DNA from: Nemertoderma westbladi
Lineage: Eukaryota > Animalia > Xenacoelomorpha
Length of the DNA: 64,000 bases
Direction: 5' to 3'
Assembly (NCBI GenBank): GCA_032718475.1
Contig: JAUCBJ010006667.1
Location: 1 to 64,000, forward strand
Shown: piece by piece, positions 11,860 through 24,371 of the stretch
Position numbering within the stretch: position 1 is the stretch's first letter
Layout of the letters: the number at the start of each line of letters is the position of its first letter
Position numbers and translations under genes: made by a program
The notes under the pieces: model-generated
Database searches by the model: none
The model's input: only the letters and a program-made list of their open reading frames with translations
What the model was told of the DNA's origin: nothing

Positions 11860-14240
11860 CAGGGGCGGCGCAAAACATGTGGGGAGGTAAATCAATTTGC
11901 ACCGACTGGAAATTGAATTTGCACCGACTTAATTGAAACGGTTCAAATGTGCATGTATTAGTAATAATTTATATTAATTAATAAAAAATAATTATTAATT
12001 GGCAAATCCCTCGAGAATAGTGAAAAATAAGTTCTATTTATATTCCCATGTAATACGTAATTTTATTCTTAAATTTGTACTTTTTTTACTCAATTATTTA
12101 ATAAAAGATAGAAAATGGTGTTACTAAATACAATAAATTGAACTGCAGTATTTTACTATATTGCTTCCATAGTTACTGCAATTCTAATTATTGTACTCTT
12201 CAATTCTCGATGCTGCCTTACTCAATGTTAAATAATTTAGTGTTCTCGAATATTTATTACGTAACTAGAGAGCCGCATAACTACATATAAACCAATATTG
12301 GATATTGAGTTCCGTTGTGTAGTACCGCTTGCAGACACTAAGATTACAACAACTTTTAGTTTGTGAATGGATTTTGCTCAATTTACTTGCAAACCTTTTC
12401 TACGTCGATGCTCTCTCACCACATGTAATAAAATTTATATGAAATTCCAATAAGAATATTTTAATTTACTTTTTTCGCCGGGAAAAAAAGTAAAATCAAT
12501 GCAATCTTTTTTTTTACTTTTTTCCATAGGGAAAAAGTGAAACTTTTTCTCCCGATTTTGGGATATATTCGAGCGAAAAAGTAACAATTTAATTAATAAC
12601 AATTTAATTTAATTAATTTAATATTTTTATGCGGTGGTGGCAATTTTAATAGTATTGTAAATTTTTATTAAATTGTTACAACTAAGTATTAATATTTAAA
12701 ACGAAGTACTGTAATAGGCTACACACGCTAGAGTGCTTTATAAAAGTTTACACAACAGTTGCAATCGAACAAATATTATCGTTTTAATTATTTAAATTGA
12801 ATTCTACGTTTTTTTTAAAGAAATCCAGTTCTTAATTACTGTACTCAATTCGGTGGTTTCAACAATATCCTTTTCGCGTGCTATCATTAACACTGACTCT
12901 AAAGTCTTTAATACCTAACAGTCTTTCCATCATGATATTTTTTATTGTGTTATATCCTGTGATCATTGTTAAATATAGCTCCACACCTATCTGCTTTGTA
13001 TTTTACTTTGCAGCGTTGACCCCGATGAGATATCGCACTGCTGCCCGTGGGTTTTCCCCGTCTCTTAATTTAGTTAGCAAATTGACAGTTTTGAATTCAG
13101 TAAGTAATCAGTAGTACCCGTATAATAAAATAATATGATATTGAAATTAAAGCAAATATAATACAGAAAGGCCTATTCAAAGCAGTAGTGGCGGATATAG
13201 AGGGTATGTCACCATGTCATGACATACCCCTTAGAAAGCACTGTAAATATATTTTGCTACTCACGATATCTTTATTCAGCATCACTACATTTCAGCTCTT
13301 CTTATAACAGAATAACCCTAATCCTAAAACTTTCCGCTCGCTACGCGTTTTCTTTCTTCAATTGGGTTACTTATTGACGTTATTGTCTGATTACCAATCA
13401 CGTAGCGTTTTTTTCGCATTATCAATATATTTCCCAACAGACCAATTTTGTAATTTTGATTTGCATTTTTGTTGCAAATTTAGATAATTTTGATGTTGGA
13501 TGCGAATTATAAGCTGCGGTAGCGCGATCGCGATGTCCGGCGCGATTTTATAATCGCAATTAATTTTGTACCGGTATCACTTAAATTAATCATTCATAAC
13601 TATTTTTTATTGGCATTTGGATTCGAAGTACCGGTACATATTTTGTTGGTTATAAACCTCTGTAACATGCTCTTTTCCCTCAATTGGTAACACCAATGTT
13701 TATTGTTTTGGTTATAAAAGCCCACCTCTGTAACCTGCTCCTTTCCCCCAATTGGTAACACATAACATTGTTTATTGTTTTGGTTATAAAAGCCTACCTC
13801 TGTAACCAGCTCGTTTCCCTCAATTGGTAACAACATTGTTTATTGTTTTGGTTAGAAAAACCCACCCTGTAACCTGCTCCTCTCTTTCAATTGGTAACTT
13901 CTATATAATTATAGACTATATATCGTAACTATATAAATATAGTTACAAATTTATTTAATTTGGTGGAAAATGAACTAATTTTTGTTATAAAAGTATTTAA
14001 ATTTAGTGAAAATGATTAAATTTAGTGAAAATGATTAAATTTAGTGAAAATGATTAAATTTAGTGAAAATGATTAAATTTAGTGAAAATGATTAAATTTA
14101 GTGAAAATGATTAAATTTAGTGAAATAAAAAAGTTCCATTTATTATTTGTACGGCGATCATCCGATAAGGTCTGGGGGGGGGGGGGGGGGGGGGGTGTCC
14201 CACACCACCCCCCCCCCCCCCCCCCATGAAACCGCCCCTG
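11860..14240. mobile_element. Non-autonomous hAT-like element (2.4 kb) containing other repeats
   Basis: TIR CAGGGGCGG / CCGCCCCTG with 8-bp TSD GTCTCATT/TTCTCATT. Contains roughly 70-bp repeats (13650-13900), a 19-bp tandem AAATTTAGTGAAAATGATT (13998-14125) and G/C runs near the right end. Confidence 0.7.
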
Positions 14241-14349
14241 TTCTCATTCATCCGTGAAAATAATAATTATAATGTAATATAAATGGAAATAATACATTCT
14301 GGAATAAGGTAATTCAAGTTGTTCTCATGTTATTGATTACTTTGCAGCG

Positions 14350-15180
14350 TTCCGTCCTATAGGCCACAAAGCGTTACGAGTAATTCACCAGAACGCCAGT
14401 TGACATAATGTAACAAAATATATGATGAAATAGAATCCTGAGGCTATATTGATTCAAAAAGCTGATAGTATTGCGAAAAGATAATGTATAAAAAAGCAAG
14501 TTTCTGCAGAAAGGATATCATCAGTTTATTTTATTATAGTGGGTACCAGTCCCTATGCTTTCGACAAATTGGCAACTACCCCTCGAAGGCTCGAATAATC
14601 AGCCAGAAGAGTAGATCTACCACAGTTGAAATTGTGGTGGACCAATAAGGTGCGATCAAGACCTGCCTAAAAATAGGCATATGGCCAGGAGAACAGGTGG
14701 TATGCGTACAGGAGGGCAGTGATTATGAATGAACGAAGCAACAAAACCAGCTTACAAAAGCCATCCAACAGAATTTTTCAGTGGAATCATACAGAAGTAG
14801 AGTAATGAAATCGGGTAGAAAAACACAAGATGTTTACAAAATGGCTCAAGCAAAGTTTTCAGGAAAATACAATTGAATTAAATAAAACCCGGTACTCAAC
14901 GGACAGCCTCAACCTAAGTATTATAACTAGAAAGCCAGCAAACTGGCTTGAAACGAACCTGGCCCCTCAAACCAGTACCCTGAGTGAGCGAAAGTGAAAA
15001 CACGAAAATTGCCATGAACTCAACGATATAAACACCAGCTGCTGGTACTCATGAGGTCCTAGTAAGCTACTACTATTGATTGAATGGATAGGCCCAAACT
15101 GCACAGAAGTATATTACACTGGAACTGTTGGGTTAACAATCTGACCACTCATCATTCACGCTGTTATAGGTCTACACAGG
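14350..15180 (+). pseudogene. Highly degenerate non-LTR reverse transcriptase fragment
   Basis: Broken remnant resembling YIDFKKAFDSI at about 14445-14472, within purine-rich coding-like sequence. No intact ORF. Confidence 0.3.
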
Positions 15181-16193
15181 ACTAAACTTAGATATATTTA
15201 CATTTGGGCGCAATTTTTTTAAAATCACTGTACTTCATTTTATGAGATGATTATATTGTTTCACGTCATTTCTGTAGTTTGAATATTTTATTAATTATTG
15301 TAGCCTTATTATTTGTGGTACAACTAATGCTGCAGTTTAAATTAATAAATTTAATTTGTGAATGTAGCGGGTACACTACTGTGTGGTGCTTGTGTCGAGG
15401 TGTTTTTGTTTCGAATATTATTTATTCCAGTACAGTGTTACACTGGAAAGGGAAAGCGCAATAAAGGAATCACCAAGTATCACTAGGAAAAGTGGGTTTA
15501 ATTGTCAAGTGTATGATAAGCGACTACAATGCGTGTGAACTTGAGAAGCTGGCACAAAAAACGGAAAAAAATTGGTGATCACCATGGCCATCATCAAAGT
15601 AAGTTAATTATTTATCCGTATAATTAGTTTAATTAAATTTAATAATTAATTTGTAACTTACTTCATGTTTCCTTTAGGAATACGAAATGCACTAAAAGGA
15701 AAATTGAGTTACTGAGCTGATTGAGTACAAATCTTATACTGAATGTAATCTACAGTAAGTATATTAAACACGCATTATTTGCGCTTTGAATTGTTTAATG
15801 GAGACAGACTACAGACGGAATTATATAAATATGAAATCAAGAGAGGGGGGGGGGGGGGGACTGGACGCAAATCCCATCTTGGCGAATTAATATCCCGCCT
15901 CAATGTTAAATTCTCAATTTAGGGAAAGGAGCAGGTTACAGTGATGCGTTATTTTAACCAGAACAATAAACTAAACACAATAGAGCAGGTTAGTTTTATT
16001 TTTGAGAGTAATCAGCTGTTATTTGCGTCCAATCCCCCCCCCCCCCCCAATCAGGAAATCAAATAAGACTCTGTATCCACGATGTATTGTATTAATTCCA
16101 TTTATTATGCAACACAGAAGATGACAGAAAGAAGACAGGGGGTGAACAAATACCATCTCGTCGAATTAACAATGATTATTTATACATTTGACG

Positions 16194-16569
16194 AGGGGCC
16201 GTCCAAGTACAGTATGATATCTGCACTTTTCCCCAAAATGTTGACCTAAATCAGATGTCATCAGATAGGCGTTGACCCCCCCCCCCCCCTCCCCTAAATC
16301 AGATTTAAAAAAATTTTCGCGTCCTAATCACTGAAACATGGTGACTGGTAACTGAAACAGAAGGTCGTGCTACGGGCCTTCTGGGGCTTCGAACAATTAA
16401 AATAGGCAAGCTATTTACTCTTCTGCTATATCTCTTCTAGCACCTATAAATGAACATGCTGACGTCAGATTTTGGCTGACCCCCTCCCCTCCCCTCATCA
16501 GCACGTCATCAGATTCCCCCCCCCCCCCCCCCCCCCCTAAAGTGCTGAAGTCATACTTGGACGGCCACT
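16194..16569. mobile_element. MITE, possibly PIF/Harbinger-like
   Basis: TIR AGGGGCCGTCCAAGTA / TACTTGGACGGCCACT with internal C-runs. No clear TSD. Confidence 0.6.
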
Positions 16570-18119
16570 TATGTTTATTAATATTATCATTTCTATGTAG
16601 TTAATACAGTATGTATGTTACATACGGCTTCCCGTTATTGGAATTTTAACAAATATTGTCAATCACTGAGACCTAGTATTCTGAATATTAATTATTTTGT
16701 GTATGTTCGTATTATAACGGTTCGCCATACATTATTATTGAAATAAACGTTAAGAATAAAGTATTCATTGAAACTAAATCATTATACATATTCAATTAAT
16801 CACAATAACTGCTAATCTGGTTATCGACAATCAATGAGCTGCAGAGACATTATTAGTGTAACTCATTGGGGTTATTGTAAAGTAGAAGAAGGTTGAAATG
16901 ATTCGCCAAAGGTTCGCCAAACGTTCTGTCTCAGAATAAAAGCCAGACGTTTCTGAGAGGTAGATAGATTGTGTGCCAGACGTTCGCGAGAGGTACAGGG
17001 GAGAATGAATTGTGTGCCTGGCATTCGGTAATCAGCATTCTTCTAACATTCGCCACTATGTTTCATTTCCGAATGCTGGTAGCATGCTGAAGATGTTCGG
17101 ATCCCGAATGCGCCACACATTCGCCGTGTTTACTAAATGAATTATAAAAAATTTAATTATAGAGAAATAGGTCAGTGCTATAGTATTTGACTATTATCAT
17201 CAGTCAACAATACGCAATAAATAGTATGATAACAAAACTGTTACCGCTACAAGGATATAATCCTAATTAAATATTAAAATGTAATCACGTTTTAACTTAG
17301 GGTTTATCTTAATGCAATTGCAATGTATGCTGTATGCATGTTATATTATGATAAAACACCGCAGTCCGCAAGTCACTTCACTTGGTGAAATTTAAATGTT
17401 GAATTTCGCTCCTTTTCTGCTAATAGTAAAAAACCGCAAGTCAAAAGACACATATTTCGATAAAACCGTATGTGCGTTTTCTTATTATCTATGCAATGAC
17501 AAAACACCGCAAGTCTTGTTGACTAACGGTTTTTCTGCTTAAATTTAAGTAGTTGCAATGCAGTCTGTAATACTATACATATGTTGTGACTTACGGCCTT
17601 TCTACATTGCATATCTCGAGAACTAGAGTAGATACGGTGTTCTCGATTATACAGTACCATTAGATTAGAGCGCATTTTTTAGACCAAGAAAACGTAAAAA
17701 AGTGAATTTTGGAAAAATGCGACTTACGGTCTTTTTACATTGCACAGCAGAGTTAAAGTAGGATGCATTCGTAGTTCGTACCCCAGTACAGTAGGAATAA
17801 TAGGATACGTTACCAGCCACACTGCCAAAACAAACAGTACTGGGACTAACTTTGTAACTTCCGTGCAGTTTATAACTTTTGTTCAAATTCTGTTAACTAT
17901 TAATTACCGGTACTGTATTAATGAAATTGAAATTGTTTTGTTTAATGACATATTCGTTAAAGGTACCGGTAATATAGTTAGTTAAACACATTAAAATTTT
18001 CTTTTAAAATCTCACTCGCCATGCTAGATAAAAAGCACCACAGAGATGTGAGATGTGCTGTGTAAATAATACTTAAATAAAATTACAGTATTACCCTGTT
18101 CTGTTACATGTCTGTGTAC

Positions 18120-21100
18120 ACTGGTGCTTAGATCGGGGTGCATGTAAAGAGCGGACTGCGGACTGCGGACTACGGACTGCGGATTGTCAATTAAAAGCCC
18201 AAATATGCGCGGTCAATTTGAATTATAGCATTATAATGTAAGAATCCGCTCTTTGTTGTCTGGACAAACGGCGGACTGAAGCCAGAAAATTTTAACCTGA
18301 TTGGCTCAATCATTTACATAGAGGCCCAAAGGGAACTTTCTTGAATCCTCTTATTGGCTTAAATGTTTTCATTGTGACACAGAGATGGAAACCTATTATG
18401 TAGGCAGTAGGAAGAACTCTTGAACTTTCAATAAAATCTCTCAGGTTAAGGCCGGTTCACTTTTAAGCATGATTCATTCGTAACTCTACTTTGGATGCAG
18501 ACTTTGGGACTACAACTGTAGTATGTACTTCTGCTGCCGAAGCAGAGTTATGCTTATTGCTTAAAGGTGTGAACCGCGACCTTATAAGATATTCCTTGTT
18601 TGCTTGTTACTTAAATTAAAAGTTTTTACGTTGGGGTCGTCAAAAAAAAGGTGGGGGAGGTTGGCTCGTACTGCCACTATTATGTCTCTGTTAGTTGAAA
18701 CAAAATTGGAACATAATTGAAACATATTAGTCGTACATACTAGTAGTGAAACATTATTTTTCCAAGATTGACCGACTTATTAGCGTTCAAACATTTCCGA
18801 CGATGACAACGACAGACGGGTCCACCACTTATACCCATATGCTAAGGCTCACCTGGACTTACGTTGCTCGCCCCACAGTTAATCGCCCATGTCGCATGTG
18901 AAGCATACCAGGATTTCACTTTTCGGGCGACTTTTTATTGGAATTTTATATATGAAGATTTTTTATTTTTTTTAATTTATCTTTATTAAGTGTTTTATAT
19001 CGCTAATTTCTGTCTTATAACCTGTACATATACTAATTTGTTTATTGTTTTGGTTAGATTCAGCCCTTCTGTAACCTGTATTTTTGGTGAAAACCTGGTA
19101 TTCTTCACATGGGGGTAACTGCAAAGTGAAATATAACGGCAGAAAGTCTGGTATACTTCACATGGGCCCAGTTAATCGTATGTCAGATATGTAGGATATC
19201 ATAGCCCACACTAAAAAAGCATTTAAAAAAGGACTAGCCGATCAGGTGTTCGTGGTTTTCATTTTAAGGCTGTCATAAAAATTTGGACAGAATTAAATGC
19301 CAGTAGTTAGATGCGTCCTATTGGATGCTATTTATAGATCCACACCCCTTTTCTTTGCCCCTCTCCCCCCTTTTCTTACGCTCTCTTACCCCCAGCACAG
19401 AGAAGATCTTCCCCCAGCTCCTGCGCTTAGGATGTCCGAATATTCGCTCTTTTATATTTGCGAACAGACAACTGTGACATAAACTCTAAAGGCAGGAAGT
19501 ATATAAAAATATTTATTGAAATAAATAATCTGAAAATCCGTAGAATGTTGATTATATACTGTAGCAGTGTAGTAGGCCCTTAATCAACAGCCCACGTAAT
19601 TACTGTATAGGATAATTATTTCCTGTATTACAGTGTTGCACAATGGTAAAGATTTAAAAGCCAAATGGGATGATTCATTCTTTAAGTTCCCTTTCAGCTT
19701 CAGCCTATGTAAATGATTGAGCCAATCAGGTTACAATTTACCGGCTTCAGTCCGCCATTTGTCCAGACAACAAAGAGCGGATTCTTAGTTTGGAAGTCGA
19801 TAATTCAAATTGACCGCGCGGATTTTGGCAATTCCCAGTCCGTAGTCCGCCAGTCCGCAGTCCGCTCTTTACATGCACCCCTTAGATCGTGGCTTTTCCA
19901 GTTAACATTATTCCATTTTGTATAAAACAAGTAATGCGGTTGGTGAAAGCTTCTATTAAGCAGCCACCAATCACGTTAATCCTGTTTAACACAGAGTCAA
20001 TGAGAATGGAATATTGCTAACATGAAAAAGTTCAGGTTACCATTATTCCATATCTCAGTATCTGTATTCACTATTATCACCCTCCCCTTGCAGCCTTGCA
20101 GCCTTGTCTGTTTCATTATACAAGTTATATCGAAAGGAAAGCAGTCAGTCGTCAGTGCAGAACAGTACAGCAGTAGGTACAGCAAATCAAATTATTAAGA
20201 ATTGAAGCAACAGTAATTATAGCCAAAACCAATACAGGTACATACTGACATGATACTGTAATAGCAGGTTTTGTTAATTCAATACTTTAAGCCTTAAAGT
20301 GGCCTTAATCTTTCTCATGGTAGTTACATGGGGAGCAGTAATGAGACGATTAAAAAAGTGGTGGAATGTAATTTATGCGAGAAGAAGTACATAACAACCT
20401 CTACATTATCAAGACACAAACAAAAAATTGATAAAAGGAGAACCGACAGACAGCGAGACTAAACCATTTCCACGCTGTCCAGCCTGTCAGCACTGTTCTT
20501 TTTGCTACTCGCGTGTCGGGAATGCTACAGACAGACCTTGCTGCATGTAAACCAAATGAATGGATAGGATGTAGCGTTTGCAAGGGTGTAAAACACAACG
20601 CCAACAACCGGAAACCACTGCCGACAACAGCAAATATGAAAATGTAACCTGAGTTCGTAACTCTCGTTTATTGTTTTGGTTAGACTAACCTTCCACTGTA
20701 ACCTGTTCCTTTCCCTCAATTATTAAATAACATTAATTAGCTTTAATAATGGTTGTCGGCGTTGGTTGTCGGCGTTACGGGGTAGCATCTCACCCCGTTT
20801 GTACGAAGTGGTTGGTATCATAAAAGTTGTGTGAATAAAACGCAACACGAGTTTCGGGGTGATGAACTGATATGTGAGACCTGTATTTTGCCCACATTGC
20901 AGCATTGAATATTACTACGTGGCAAGTACTTAAATGAGATGAGATATTGTATAAGTACAGTATGTTTATTACTAAACCAGACTTAACTATAAATATTTCA
21001 TTTACAGTTTACATCATTGTAATTAAACTAATCCACTTATACTACTGTACATACGGTATTTTTTATTTTTCTTGCATATATTATGCCTGGTATTGTACCA

Positions 21101-21407
21101 TATAATAAATATTATATGGCTTACTCGATTTCTAACTGACTACAGACTATGGACTAACACTACTGCACTAGCAGCTTAATTACTGTAATGTCAATGTGTA
21201 ATCACTTTGGAATAATGGTAACCTGAACTTTTTGAAGTTAGCAATATTCCATTCTCATTGACTCTGTGTTAAACAGGATTAACGTGATTGGTTGCTGCTT
21301 AGTAGCAGCCCCTAGCAGGTTTCTCCAACCACATCACTTGTTTTATACAAAATGAATAATGTTAACTGTAAAAGCCACGATCGCACGATCTACTGATCTA
21401 AGCCAGT
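18120..21407. mobile_element. Older TIR element whose left TIR was split by the MULE insertion
   Basis: 19881-20050 is an inverted copy of about 21208-21402, and ACTGGTGCTTAGATC (about 18120) matches GATCTAAGCCAGT (about 21395-21407). Confidence 0.7.
18136..19880. mobile_element. Non-autonomous Mutator-like element with about 200-bp TIRs
   Basis: GGGTGCATGTAAAGAGCGGACTGCGG... / ...CCGCAGTCCGCTCTTTACATGCACCC with a perfect 9-bp TSD CTTAGATCG (18127-18135 and 19881-19889). Confidence 0.85.
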
Positions 21408-21531
21408 AAGCACCCATGTTAGGGTACCACCACCGGTACGGTGTACGGCGGTACCCCAGTACAGCAGTACCTGTTATTGTAACAGTTTTAGGCCTAACAC
21501 AGTAAGAACTAGACTAAGGTAATAATATAAA

Positions 21532-23262
21532 ATGTCGCTGTTTACTGAAATCCAGGACGCGTTCTCGTTTTACGACCAAAAACTTCAGGATTCTTCAGAA
21601 ATCCAAGACAAACTGGTCGAAATCGCCGTCGCGAATAAATGGACGGCCGAGGAATTTGTCGACGAGTTTATGGCCTACCTTCAAACCAATAAGGTGTCAT
21701 CTAAGTCCATCGACTTGGATACAAGCAAAAAGTTCTCCAAACATCTCGATCTTATGAAACAAAAAGCACAAAGAACGCGAAAAGGTCTGCAAAGTACGGA
21801 ACAAAAGTTTCTTTATCGGGAACAGGAGTGGAACGCCGGCGAAGTGGAACCGATGGCTGATATTTATTCATTCGAAACACCGAAGAGATTGAAACAGAAC
21901 GGAATCGAAGACACCTCGATGAAACTCGTTAAACTGGAAGTTATTAATTCCCCGGGTTCCCGAACCTTAAATTCCCCCGTCGCGATGTCTTCCAGTCTGT
22001 CACCGGCGGTGACCCCCTCTTCCTACTACACGTCACGCGGCGGTAGAGGCCAAATAATCGCGAGTTACGGGAATACCGACGCGAAAGCAAACCGACGAGG
22101 AAGTCCGGTCGATATCTCCTCCGTGGACGAGGAAAGTAAATCTCGTCGATTCGGTATCAGCGGCGACTACGCGGCGGTGATGAAGGCTGATATGGATGCG
22201 GGAATAGATCGGATTACGTCGCTGTTTACCGAGTTGAATCCGCGGGATTTCTCCGAGTTAAACTCGACGAGTTACGAGGAATCCGCCGTTGTTGGACGGA
22301 TCTGTTGCGACTCCGCGGGGAAACTCAACCCCCAATCGGTGCAACTCGAGGACAGACAGTCCGTCGTGGCTCTCGATCTGTCGCAGTGCCGCGGGTACTC
22401 GGTGTTCCCGGGACAACTAGTCGCGGTTACCGGGATCAACCCAACCGGTAAACGATTCGTCGCCAAGGAGTTCCTCGGACTCCCGTCGCTTCCCGCAGAA
22501 CCCGCTTCTACCGGTGCCGACGCTATCCGGGTAGTATCGGCAGCCGGACCCTACACACCCAACGACAGTCTGGACTACCAACCACTCTCCGATCTAATAT
22601 CCCTCATAAACACGGACCCCCCAGGTATCCTCATCCTTATGGGGCCATTCCTAGACGAAAAGAACCTTCATATCGCGGCTGGTTGCAAAGACAACACCTT
22701 CTCGGAGATCTTCCAGAACATATTGAACAAACTCAGCGGCACTATCGACCAATCAACGACTATTATTATCATCCCTTCTCCCCGCGACGTCCACCATTGG
22801 CCGGTGTTCCCCCAACCTCCGTTCGATACCTCCACACTCCCCTCCTCCACCCAACCCCGCGTCCTCCCCTTCCCCAACCCAGCCACCCTCCGTCTCGCCT
22901 CCCACACTCTCGGTATCTCCTCCCACGACGTCCTGTTCTCGTTGGGTCGCGAGGAACTTGTCGGGGGATCCGACCCCCTAACATCCGACCGAATATCTCG
23001 ATTAATCTCCCATCTGTTCGACCAGCGATCCTACTCCCCTCTTTACCCTCCGTCCGAAGATCTATCCATGGGTTCGAATCCCGCTCCCATCCCGTTACTC
23101 CCACGTGTTACTCTCCTGCCCTCCGACTTAAAGCCGTTCGTAAAAACCGTTCAAGGAAGTATTTGCGTTAATCCCGGTAGACTCACTAAGGGATTAACTG
23201 GAGGTTCCTACGCCGATATAATAATAGCAGACGAAATTAGCGTTAAAATTATTAAAATATAA
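21532..23262 (+). CDS. POLA2: DNA polymerase alpha subunit B (POLA2), intronless CDS
   Basis: 576-aa ORF with VGRICCDSAGKLN, YSVFPGQLVAV.G.NPTG, AAGPYT.NDSL.Y.PL.DL, ILMGPFLD, IPSPRDVHH..VFPQPP, PSDLKPF and CVNPGRLTKG..GG.Y. Confidence 0.95.
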   Translation: MSLFTEIQDAFSFYDQKLQDSSEIQDKLVEIAVANKWTAEEFVDEFMAYLQTNKVSSKSIDLDTSKKFSKHLDLMKQKAQRTRKGLQSTEQKFLYREQEWNAGEVEPMADIYSFETPKRLKQNGIEDTSMKLVKLEVINSPGSRTLNSPVAMSSSLSPAVTPSSYYTSRGGRGQIIASYGNTDAKANRRGSPVDISSVDEESKSRRFGISGDYAAVMKADMDAGIDRITSLFTELNPRDFSELNSTSYEESAVVGRICCDSAGKLNPQSVQLEDRQSVVALDLSQCRGYSVFPGQLVAVTGINPTGKRFVAKEFLGLPSLPAEPASTGADAIRVVSAAGPYTPNDSLDYQPLSDLISLINTDPPGILILMGPFLDEKNLHIAAGCKDNTFSEIFQNILNKLSGTIDQSTTIIIIPSPRDVHHWPVFPQPPFDTSTLPSSTQPRVLPFPNPATLRLASHTLGISSHDVLFSLGREELVGGSDPLTSDRISRLISHLFDQRSYSPLYPPSEDLSMGSNPAPIPLLPRVTLLPSDLKPFVKTVQGSICVNPGRLTKGLTGGSYADIIIADEISVKIIKI

Positions 23263-23766
23263 TGTTATTGTTGTTATGATTTCAGGAACTTCGTTAACCT
23301 CTTTGTGTTTTACAATTATGCGCATGCGCAAATTGATGTCATTTTATGCAATATTAACTATGCAATATTTAGTATTAATATAAAATTATTAAAGGAATTA
23401 ATTTCATTTTATTTGTGAAGGATATAGATGTACTGTTGTAAGAAGAAGACCTTAAATCGACAACTTTTTAATTTACATGTTAAAAAATGTATAAAATCAG
23501 ATAAAGCTTGGCATTGAAAATTTCCAATAAATCAGAAATCCATTAAATGAAATCATAAATAAAATCAAATCCAATAAATCAATAACGTGTCTCTGGGGAT
23601 ATTGCACCAGTTACACTGCAGTTATTATTCAAACGTTTAGTGATTTGTTGGTACTAGTGGAAAACTGGCCATGCAAGGATTCCAAATATGTAACACAATC
23701 TTCATTTCGTTGTAAAATAGCTGAGATAAAGGCGTTTGAAAGTTGCATGATTTTGCAAGGCTATTA

Positions 23767-24024
23767 TTTTTTAGGTCCGCGTAGCGAGACCTCTAGTTTT
23801 CACTCCGCTGTTGTTGTTGTTAATTTCTCGTTAGGTTTTGGTATTAAGGATTGATACGGCCCCAGTGGCTCAGTTGGCAGAGCGTGGGACTTGTAATCTC
23901 AAGGTACCGAGTTCAATCCCCCATTCCGGTGAATGTTTTTTTGTTGTAAGATTGGTAGTAAGCCATCCAAGGAGACATGTCATGCGTTTGTAGACGCGGA
24001 CCTTTGCGCGATTTCGCGCTTGTT
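23767..24024 (+). mobile_element. Helentron-associated (HINE/DINE-1-like) non-autonomous element
   Basis: T-rich 5' flank, sub-terminal IR AGGTCCGCGT (23773) / ACGCGGACCT (23994), 5' hairpin, (GTT)n microsatellite, and 3' hairpin GCGCGA-TT-TCGCGC followed by TTGTT. Confidence 0.65.
23858..23931 (+). pseudogene. tRNA-like sequence (Thr-TGT-like anticodon arm) embedded in the HINE-like element
   Basis: A box TGGCTCAGTTGG, arm TGGGA-CTTGTAA-TCTCA, B box GAGTTCAATCC. The acceptor stem does not pair. Confidence 0.6.
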
Positions 24025-24371
24025 ATTTAATAAATAGCCTTGGCAGGTTCAACCCATGCAACTGTTGAACGCCTATTGTCTCATCTCAGCTTCAGCTACC
24101 GGTATTTTATGACGAAATTCAGATTGTGACTATAGCCCTACAGCTGGAGACACCGGTCTTGCTGAAGTACTTTCACTTTACATTGGAAATTAATTGCCGA
24201 GTCGTATTGGATTACACTGCAGCACTGCCAGTTAGTTGTCAGTCGTAACTACCGGTAGGCCTACCGGTACCTGAAGAAAAACCAAACAGCAGAACAGCTA
24301 TAAATAACCGGTATAATCTCCAACGTTCTGGCGGGATATTTTGTGTTGTACCTGTACCGTGTTATCATAAA

